Shown here piece after piece: positions 27,531 through 38,400 of a stretch of DNA of 64,000 nucleotides. A model generated the notes under the pieces. That model was given only the letters and a program-made list of their open reading frames with translations, was not told the DNA's origin and searched no databases. Each line of letters begins with the position of its first letter. The first letter of the stretch is position 1. The position numbers and the translations under genes were made by a program. The DNA is taken from assembly GCA_002633005.1 (NCBI GenBank), contig NMRA01000347.1, positions 278,304-342,303 of the forward strand, in the 5' to 3' direction. Origin of the DNA: Phoronis australis (lineage: Eukaryota; Animalia; Phoronida).

Positions 27531-30500
27531 GGCAGGACATGCCGGAAGTAGTTGAGTGGTACGAAAGCAACGACCGAGCGATGTTGAGATTTTACGATGA
27601 AGACGGAAATCCACTTCCAGTCCGTTACGTGGTGCCAGTTATTGGTGAACTTACTACAAGAAGAGGTGAAGAAGCCACATAAAAAGTAATTAGCACCACC
27701 TCAAATTTCATACTTTGTTTCCAGAGAGATTGTACATTCATACTTTCATTCCAGAAGGCAAAATTGTCCGTCATTATCCGCTCTTGGGTACAACATCAGA
27801 ATGTAGCAATAGACCATGCTGCAATCTCCACTTTTTGCGGAGGTAGATTTGTTCTACACTTAAAAGTCAAAGGAACACCTGAATGGATTAATTAGAAACT
27901 TTTACGATGAGTTGCACACTCAGTACTGATATTTGTTTTTTGGCAAGTTCTTACTGTCTGCGTTGCAACTCAAAGAGCAATGATGCGAGTTTGCTTGCAT
28001 TCTAACGATGGATTATATGCTAGATAGGATGGGATATAGTGAGTGAGAACATATGAATGTGAAGAAGCAAGACAGATTTTTGGCACGCGTGTTGAATTAT
28101 GGGTAAATGCCTTTAGAATGAGAGTGGTGCTGGGAGTCTTGTCATTACTAAACATTCCATGACCGATGCAGATTGTCTTTCAAATTCTTAATAAAAATTT
28201 AATCCTGAGTTATAACCCCCATGTCTTAGTATATATTGAAACCGAGGCGATCACGGTAAAGAAAAATCGGCTGCATAGGCTCACTTAAGAATTTTGATAT
28301 CGCGTTTGACGACTAAGCACCAATTAACGCAGCCTCCAGATGCTTATATCGACTACTGTTTTGATTGCTATGAACCCTTGTGTCTTGGCTGTTTCATACG
28401 GTTATACTCAGTTATTGTTTGAGGTCACATACGAAAAAGAGCGAACTATATGATATAAAGACGCACCCATCGATGACTTCATTCATGAAAACGAGTCACA
28501 ACATCTACACGAAGGCGTCTCGAACTTCGTTTACTTATTTAAAATGTTAAACCGAAAATGTTAATCGCAAAATCGCAATAAACAAATTCACATCATGAAT
28601 TGCACGAATTGCTGTTTTGTTCAGGTCAAGAACGCTGGTGGAACGCTGTCGTCATTTATACTTTGCTCTCACATAACCACCATGACGACATCAAACTGCA
28701 ATCATCATGTTTACGGTAACATCAACCCACTCCATTCAATTTGCACGTTAAATATGCGTAACCTTTAACGAGAGATCACGTAAGGAAGTCAAAGTAAAGC
28801 GTTACATGTACACCCTTAAGAATAAAATAAAACAGCACGTTTTAGAGATGGCGCTTCATGGGATTTAAATGTAGGGTCTTTGCTTAAGTTGAGTCAAAAA
28901 ATAATGAGTGTTGGTGAGATGCCTGTTCGTAGTCTGGAGAGCTTTTGGAAGCATAACTTTCAGGAAACGAAAGCTTCAGGTACATTTGTGCAATCCAAAG
29001 GCTCACAACACTCCAAATGGGTAACTCACCATCACTCATTCTTAATCTTAGAGTGGGATAATTAACATTCATTCTACAACCAAAACAATATTTTCTTTTG
29101 AAAGGCGGAGTTTTGGGGTCCTTCTCGAAGGTATGCGAGCAAATACTAGAACGGTAACCGGGAGAGCACTGGAGATTGCTGGGCGTCCGACGTGGGAAGG
29201 GGATAGGCCGCCTTCAGTCTTGAACATTTGAGAATTCTTTCGCGTTAGCACGAAACCTTGTTCATTCCGGAGACAGCTTGTTATGGGTGATAAACCAGCA
29301 CTCCAAAAGTCCCAGTAATCTTTGTTTACGATTTTCAGTACACGTTGTTTGAGCCCCTTAAAGTCCTTCTCTCAAACTGCCCATGTGCTTCCAGTATCCG
29401 AAAATACTTACTACATAAAGTCTTATTTTCGACACCCTTTCTTTATATTATTTTCGCCTTTCTTGCCAAAAGCGATTTTTGAACAGTATTTGACCCTTCT
29501 CTCTGAGCGTATGATTACCGGTTGTCATCGGTTATTTCCGTACCCACATTTCCGGCTCATCAGTTCAGGAACTTGTCCTGAAAGCCGCCATTTTTTCCTT
29601 GTAACTGAATGTGCTATCGCTTGCTCGAAAAGTCTTCATTATTTTGTTTTGTTAGTAATATCTCGTGATTCGTTTGCATATGTAGTGAATTTATAGTTTG
29701 TACTTAGTGGTCGTTGATGTTTTTTGGAATGTTACGCGTACTTAGTATGTTAAAATAGCATTTGTGTTTAGTTCATTACGTTGGCCGGTCGCCGGACCTA
29801 GGTACCAATATGGGTCGAACCTATTTTTTCGGGTTTTTTTCTTTTCTCGTTTTGAAAAATACTTTGCTATCATTGGAAAGGTAGTGCATTATACTCAGTA
29901 AAAATCGAAACAGTATCAAAATCGGGGCAAGCAGTGTAAAGTTATTGCAAGTTTTGTGTCGAAATTTGGGTCACTTTGTTTGGATCGCGTCGGCCATATT
30001 GGAGGACAGCGGGATAAGTTACGAGTTTAAAACTTTGCGTAAATTGTTTTCGCCAACAAATTACGGTGAAATTTAGTTAGACACATCTTTACTTACTATT
30101 CTGCACGATTTAACAGTGTTAGCCAAATTTCAGCCTCGCAGTTGTTACTCATTAAGGGATAAATGTGCTCACAATTCCCGTTGGACTTTGTCTCATTTCT
30201 GGCGGCACCGACAACATGGCGACTTTTGCTGAACTCAAAGGCATGTTCAATCGGCTACTTTGTAATTTGTGAAGATTTAACGTTGATACATTTTGACAAA
30301 CGTTGCTACAAAAAAGAAACTTTGTTCAATTTTCGTGTTTTTTGTGCAAAAATATAAGATGTATTCGAATCATTTCACTATAAATTTCCCATTCAGGTGA
30401 TCTTACACTAAGCTAAAAATAGTTGAAATAATTTTGAAATGGTTTTTTGTTTGACTGTCAATTGCTGTTCAAGGCTTGATTCGGTGTCACAAAATGATTC

Positions 30501-32900
30501 ATTTTTTTCTAAATTTTAATTCTCAGTTGCTTTCAAGTCATGTTTTGTAACTTAATGCTTCTTAATAGCGGATTTGCAGCGCAGACGAATTACGCATTGC
30601 GCATGTGCGAGTTACTTCCTTCGCGAAGGCTCATGGGATAGCTTGTGGTCAGGCATGTCTTGAGCAGGCTGGATACTGTGTGCATTTGGAGTGATTTGCG
30701 AACTAAAAACCATGTTTCATTTTTTTGCTTTATAATACCAAGCAAGTCCTTTCTCTCGTTTGTAAACACAGCGTAGCTATGATCAGTGACCGTGTGACCG
30801 AGGGCTCGTCATGTTCATCGGCGTTGATTTCGAAATCTCCTCCGGTTTCAGACAAGTTGAGAGTTCTTGGGTTGCTTAACTTTTGTGGCTTTCGCCGTGG
30901 ATATGCTAGAGACGTTAATTTTAAGAGGAAACTCCGTCCGAATGTTGTTCTCATAAGTCTTTTTTCCACCAGGAAAATGTTCGCTGCACACACGATGGCC
31001 CCTAGGCAATTACATCGCACTGGATGCCGCAGGCATTCAGGGGCGATAGTACATCCTCACAAAAAGTTACTCATTTCAAAATACAGCAAATAAAATCAAA
31101 TGAACCATACATATAGGAACACGGAGTTATAATTAACACATACCACGACTTTGGATACAATTTAGTCAGCANGGAAACACTATTCCGTCACCATGGTAAT
31201 AGTTACATGTATGTCCACTTTCATATCATGGAAACTGTTGCTGTCGAATAGTGTTTGTAATGCTAAATGTTGTAAAGTATTGTGCATTTTAAGTTACTTA
31301 TTATGTTAAAAGTTTGAATCATTTTGGGTTAATGAATAAAAAATGATAACATGTTGTATTGGACTTGTCATACTTATGTGCTCGAACGAGCCCCCTTTTT
31401 GGAGAACTGGAAAAAGGTCTTCCTCGGTCACAGAAGCACGAATTCCGGAAAAAGTAGAAAATGCGACAATATTCCACTAGAAGACAGGAAGTACCAAAAT
31501 TTAGAGTCTGCAATTCATAGCTCTGAACATACCCACTGAATCTTATAGTAAAAGATAGACATTCCCAAAAATTCCAGTCCCCCCTCCATTCTTTTAGGCT
31601 TGGTGCGGTCATACAAAATCTGCGAAAATCTCTATTGAAAGCCAACAACTTTGCACAGTTCGCCAGAAATACCCAAGTTTGAGCGAGCGCTGAGGCCAGC
31701 GACCAGTTAGGCCTAAGGGTAGCCTTGGCGCAAAGCTGTATATGCCTACTAACAAGCTGTATTTTGGCGATAGTCTTCACTGGTAGCTGGTGACTGACTC
31801 GGGCTAACTAAGGTCTGCCGCGGCAGTGTGACACAGGACTAACCAGCCCGTAATTTCATGCAAGTGTCTGAAACTACATATATATGCAGCATTTATGATT
31901 TGACCATTTTACTTCGACAAAACAGCTTGCAACCACATGCATTTACCGTTCGCCAGTGTCTGGTCTCGATCCGCACCGGGTCCGATAGGATGCGGTCCCG
32001 AGTCTGGCAAAATAATTTCTGTCAACATTTAGTCGCCACATTTCTTCAGCAAATTCGATAAAATTGTCCGTAGTTTGATTTTATTAAAATTAAGGCGTGC
32101 TGTCAATTATTTTATCCCCGTTTGCTGACTGGTAACAGTACAGGCACTGCTCCAGTCACACTGACGGCGTTTTCTCGGCCTGGGTTCATGAATGAATTGT
32201 ACCTCCGGTTTCGCGGCAAGTTCAAAATGGCGGTGGTTCTTCGGGTGCGAATCTTGAGTGGCGCGTTCATTTAAACTTTTTTCGAGTACGGACCGTGTAT
32301 TAGTTATGGGGTAGGCACTTCTTGGATCCTTATAAAATCCTTTAACCATGTAATAAGGGTTAACAACGCGTGAGAGAAGGACTTTAACCCTTACAGGTTG
32401 ACCCACACTATACACGGTTACCCACAATCCCCGACAGTCTGATTGACACGTGCGAGTGTCCGGCGAACACCTTTAGTCCTGTGTAATTTGTAAATAGTGG
32501 TCTTAATTTCTTCAATCTTCAGTCGCCAGACGGCGGTCAGGGCAGTTTTTTCGATACAGTCTCTCCTTTTGGTTATTGGCCGCAGCTCTCAATGCTGTTG
32601 TATTTCACATATACGTCCAACGTGTTTCTGTCGACAAGTGTGAAATCTCGTCTATTGTATCCGTGAATATTCAGCAGTGCCCGGTATATAGGTGGCAAGG
32701 AGGCCCCCAGAGAGGGACACAGTTTTGCTTTCCCTAAAATTGTATTTCTGAATTTAAATATCAATATGCGCTGCATAATCTATTCACAGCAAGTTTTCTC
32801 GGGCTAGTTCGAAGTATGGTTTTATAAACAGCAGTTTCACACTGTCAGGAAATTATTCGGGCACGCCGTGCGTACCTCGCTTAATACGGCTTTGGTTAGA

Positions 32901-33027
32901 GTTCAGTGATGCTAGGACCTCGTTAAAAAGTAAGACTTAGCGAGATTAGGTGAGATAATGCCGTGTATTTTAAATGAGAACATGTGATTTTGGCTAAATT
33001 TCAGCGTGGCACCTAGTGTTTTTGAAC
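32901..33027 (-). mobile_element. About 150-bp MITE-like repeat copy, inverted and diverged
   Basis: Reverse complement aligns with 46981-47130. Confidence 0.55.
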
Positions 33028-33064
33028 TCTACCATAGTTTACACGAATTCTTTCTTTTATTTTA

Positions 33065-33215
33065 TCCCATACGCGTTGAATCTGTCGAGCGAAACACGTC
33101 CATGTAATAATGTTTCCGTATTCAACTCCCGCACTACTTCAAAAGCGACCTGTGACATAGAAAGTTCAAAAGGTAGGTCAATGTCGACTCGACGTGTATA
33201 GCTGGTTCGATAATC
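33065..33215 (+). repeat. About 150-bp dispersed repeat
   Basis: Direct match to 55190-55337 (CCATACGCGTTGAATCT...GTCGACTCGACGT). Confidence 0.75.
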
Positions 33216-33895
33216 AAACTTTCGGAAAATAGCAATGCAATTGCAACAGTGAGTAACAAGCAAACCACAATAAAGGTACATTCATTTCAAACTACGATAT
33301 CAATACCAATATCATGACCAAATTTCTTTCGATATGGATATTCACGGAAATCTCAATTACAATATGCATACAAATTAACATGTTTATTCCGCAAAACAAC
33401 ATAACATAACATAACAGATAGCAAAACTGGCCACAGAACAGTAATACTGGTAAATGCAAAAATACTTTAATTCAAGTGCAGACGAAGTCTAAGGGGAGAC
33501 AGTGTCCCTTATGAGATAATGTCCCTCTTCCTTTGAATTCGAGTCCAACTGGAACACACTGATTGACACTAGTAAGGCTTATACTTCTTCAGCCTATCTA
33601 TACTAAGCAAGCGCTAGTATAATGGACCACATGAGCGGCCCGCGACTGTCTGGTAACAGACAGCTTCCATTTTTTAAGACACAGCATGGGAGTGACTCCA
33701 TAGCAAGCATCCCTCATCTGTCATAACCAAGGGAGAGATTTGTAAAAGGTATAAAAGTTTGCAAAATCTGCGTATTTGGAGAGACCCTTATCAGACATAT
33801 GCGCGCAGTGCGTGGTATAAATAGTTATAATATGTAGATATACAGACGAATGCAATCGTAGTCAAAAGAGTATTACGAAGTTTATTTCCGTATAC

Positions 33896-34185
33896 ATGTG
33901 CGACGGGACGTTTGTAACTTTACGCTTATTGTTATTCTTATTTAGTTGAACATGTTCAGTTATTCTTATGCTAATGTCTTTGTTGATTCTCAGTGCGCCT
34001 TTGTTACGTGGGCATGCGGGCGCGACTGTACATGTATGTGTCGGGCACTTCGCTAGCGAGAGAAGGGTGGTTTCCTTCCTTTGCCTACATGAAATTGATC
34101 GTTATCATGTGTTAATGAACTGAACGTATGCCTGATGAGGTGAAATACACATTTTTGATGCTCAGCGGAGACTTGCTCTGTTACA
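33896..34185 (-). repeat. About 290-bp dispersed repeat (inverted copy)
   Basis: Matches 3421-3710. Confidence 0.85.
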
Positions 34186-35394
34186 CATGTATCTTTGCGA
34201 TAGCCGAAATATTTAGTCCTCACTCTTTAGTGCAAAAATGTAATTTCTACCGTCATACCAGTTAGTCAAAATGGTCCCATATAAAATTCTTTAATGCTAT
34301 TCACAAAAGGGTCATGCAACATCACGTTATTTTGTTGAAACACACGGTGGAAATGTCAGGCATTGCAAACTACCAATTCATTGCCTAGGAGACGTTAATG
34401 CGTGGTAGTGAACTCAACCCTGAAGTGTACCCTCTTGGACAGCCAGCAGTTTTGCAGCGCGGTGATGTTCTTTCCGTCATTTGCCTTGGCGATTCACTCG
34501 GCCACCACTCTACCTTCGTTATATCCTGATCATGTGACTCTGGAACAATAGTGGAATAGTATACTCAATGCAAAAAAACGAAAGAAATTTCGTTAAAAGC
34601 TGCGGCGGAGAGCAACTATGCACGTTAACTTTCAAAATAGTGCAGCATTTCTCCTCAACAACTAGATTTCGAGCAAGCTATTTCAGATCCTGTGCGTCAC
34701 AAACTTTACTACAAGGATTTTTTAAAAGGGGTTCAAAGTCATTAATTTGAAAAATTTAGATTTGACATCACTAATATTAAGGGAAACGGGAGGTCCGGAC
34801 CCCTTAGAAACCTCTGTATCCGCCTTTGAATGCATAAGTTCGACTACACATTACACTGTACACGCTAACGAGAACGTGGGAGGTAGGCGTTTTATGCTTC
34901 CTGCATCATTATGTTGACCTACAGTTTCGCGTTAAGTCTTGCAAAACGTACGTTAGCAATGTGAAGGAGACAACTGGTGTTCCATGAGTGCTGAACGTGG
35001 GTCTTAATTGTCGATTTATCTTAAAGTTATGCAATATTAAGGCCCTCGTTGCCTTACTGTTTTTTCTCAGAATAGCCACAATAATCGGGTGGTAATGGGT
35101 GCCGTCTGAGCCAAAACATCTCAGTTTTCGTAATATTTCAGGAAAGCAAATGACACAAAAGCTCCGATTAAACTTATTTGAAGCAAACATAAATAATTTA
35201 GAGTTGGTGAATTACGCGCAAAGCTTTAAATTTCTTTGCATTTCCTTCTTCAAATCACTTTTGTTGTCGTGACTTTTAACTCCCTCTTTCGCATCTGCAC
35301 CCCTCTTCTAGCGATGAGATCTCTGGTGACTCACACGTTTGTGTTCGTGTTACGTGTAGCCAAACCTCTCTAATATTAACAAAACTCACTCACC

Positions 35395-35495
35395 TTAACC
35401 ACACGTGCATTGACCGGTTGAATTACTGCAGATGGGTTTCAATAGCTCGCTGCCACTATTTGGGTGGTAGAAAACAGTGCACTTCGAATCAACAC
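35395..35495 (-). CDS. Copy B last coding exon (MG8 end + anchor), stop TAA
   Basis: SKCTVFYHPNSGSELLKPICSNSTGQCTCG* (cf. SCTRFYHP...KLC...CRCAE). Confidence 0.88.
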
Positions 35496-38400
35496 CTGTG
35501 AAACAGGACAAAACGAAACTTTGGTAACACCCCAACAGTCCTAAGAAGGGGTTTCTAGATGTGAGATGATTGTGGTGAGTCTTCCAAGCTCAACAAGCAA
35601 TAGGTGAACTAACTGAAATTCGGTCACAAAAATCAATTAAATGTGAACGCGATTTGGGCCTCGTTTTCATCACAAATCAACAGCTTTACTTTTACAACAC
35701 AGATAAAAATAGGCATTATGTGAATATCTTTTTGTAATACATAATATATCTGAAATCTAAACTAGTTTTAGATCGCGAAAACTTTCGAAGTCCGAGGTAA
35801 ATTACATTTTAAAAGTTAATTTTAAATTGGCTGGTAACCAAAATGAGGCACGCACATGGAGTCAACCGTTACAGTGTCTTCTTTAAAAGGAACACCTGAC
35901 CGACAAGCACAAAGACATTTCTAACCAAATTACCTCGGCCTAACCAGTTAATAGCGACAGGCTGAGTCTTGCCGATCCTGTACCGTTGTTGGATGAAAAA
36001 TTCGACACATACCTCCCTGCCACGCGGAACCTGCAACAGCGGTGAGTTAACTACTGTTAGCCTAGAACACTACATAATGTGAGGCGATAACGAAGGGTCC
36101 TCGCTGGTATGCCAGGACTTACGCGTCTAACAATTCGAAAAGGGGGCACAGGTTTTGAAAAAAATCTCAGCGGTGTAGGTCGTAAAGTCGGCATTTTTAA
36201 AGTGTACACACAACTGGGGACAGAGGGGATGGTTCCTGTCCCCTTAAACCCGCCTTTGCTTGGACTTCCAAAGTAAAATTCAGGTTGTCAATGGAAAGAA
36301 CAGGACTTCCGATATCAAGGACGGACTTTAATTTGTAAATGACGCGCTAGAAATGGGAAAGACTAGGCAATCGGTGAAAATCAGGTTGTATGTGTACACC
36401 GTACTTTTTATATCTTTCTTTATAATAGCGTAATTTTCGTCACAGGCTGTCGTAATTTCGAACAAAAATCTGAACGATATTATTTTCATACAGGCTTGCA
36501 CGTTGTTACTGTGTACACTGTAATCCGTGTAACTTCAGTTGCAGGTGAACTGTAACTCTAATTGGAGATGTAGCAGTACAAGTAGAATGAAATTAACATG
36601 ACATTATATTTCGGGTATGCTGTGGATATTTGACATCGAATCTTCCCTCTGACTAGTCTTCCAAAATACGTTATTGAGCAGCAGCTCTGTGACAAAACTG
36701 CTTTAAATGCTTTTTCTACACTTAGGACCAATGCAGCATGGGAAACCTTACCTTCGACAGCTGAAGTACGATTGTCCTTGAGGTAATATGGTAATTCATG
36801 ACAAAAGTGGTCGAGTTGCATACAATCTGGAATTTAAAGCCAGGAACGTGAAGTGAATATATATTTCTATACTCCTAACTGTGCTAATGTATAGCAGGAT
36901 ATATACAAAAATGCTGATTGGTGACCTTTGCACTAACGACTTACCCTGCAGGCTCACACTGACTGCATCATGAACTGTTATTCCCAGCAAGTCTCGACAC
37001 TTACTGGTCACCGTTCAGTGATTTAGGGTGCATCACTTTCGCCACAAAACTCGTCCTTAAAAACATTTGACAATTTTCAACCAACTTCATATTCATGTCG
37101 TAGCTATATGTTGTGTTTCTATAAAACGACAAGCAATAACATACCAGACGATCTAAAGATGCCTTCATCGGCTCAAATCCGCTAAAGAGACCGACGTCTA
37201 TCTCGTTTTCTCGACTGACCAGAAACCTGAGGGAAAACGGAAGACAGTTTGTTCATGAAACATGCTTCAGGCGGCTAGGTTCAAGCTAGCCTACTATACA
37301 TAACTGCATGATACACGTGAAACCCCATTACTAACCGTTTATCTTTGTGACGAAGCAGGAAAACGTTCTATTTTTTCATCCGTTCACTAAATATGTAGAT
37401 ATAAGGATATCAACACAATTCACTAAATATGGAGCTACCAGGATATCAACACACTTAACTAAATATGTAGATATCATGATATCAACACAGTTCACTATTT
37501 ATGTAGATATCAGAATATCACCACGCCTTTCCTTTTTTGATAATAAGACATTGACTTCATTTACCTGTTCTTAATTAATCAAATTCGCGAAGTTTTTAAC
37601 AATACATCATATTCTGGTTTCAATGTATCTATTGATAAAATTTGTCATTTTTCCATACGACAATAGAATGTAGATGTAGTACTTTCAACGTCACACGGAC
37701 GTAGACGAACTTTGGACCGAATACGCATGCTCATAGCACAGAGCACTTAGCACAAAGAACTGCTGCACCTTACGCCAGTTCACGATTTCATAAAATGTTT
37801 CTGCTTACTTCGTGCAAACTCGCAATTTTGAAACAACTCCAGAACTCCTTCCCCATGTTAGAGATCCACGCACGCTCCGGCGTGATCGATACATGTACTC
37901 GGCAGATGGCACTCTAGTATCCCTACGGCAAGAATAGTCTTCGTCGTCAAATCTGAAATTGCACGTCATTAAACTGTAGGTCGAAAAACAAAACAAAGGT
38001 TGGTGTGAGAAACTTAACCTCTAACGACATGTGTGGTTGGTTGCGCGTGCGAATGCCTGATGTCAAAATAAAATCCCTTTATTGCATTTCCTTGCCTTCA
38101 AGACAAACGAAATCAATTAGTCACGTTAGTACATCTTTCCGTCGATGTTCAACAGACTACAAAATCGCTCGCGCTATTGCGATCGAAGGAAAAGAGACAT
38201 AATGCAACCACTCGCTGGTTCCCTGTGAGTCCGCTAGGGGATAGAGAACACGCGGGTATCATTAAATTACCTTTGAGTGTTTCTGATTGACTGGTCGAAT
38301 TCTCAACAGCTGGCGCTTTATGTAAACAAACTGGTATGACTGATGGAAGTGTAAATGTGGAAATAATTTGTGGTCTGTTGTACAGGCAAATCGGTGCTTA

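Noticed and set aside
34909-35190. ORF downstream of the stop as a C345C remnant
   Set aside because: No recognisable netrin-module motifs or convincing splice sites.
36945-36975. Possible 30-nt exon with a gtaagt donor between MG8 exons
   Set aside because: In-frame TGA in the required phase; the flanking exons join correctly without it.
37383-37526. 36-bp repeats as a CRISPR array
   Set aside because: Head-to-tail units without spacers, inside a eukaryotic intron, with no cas genes.
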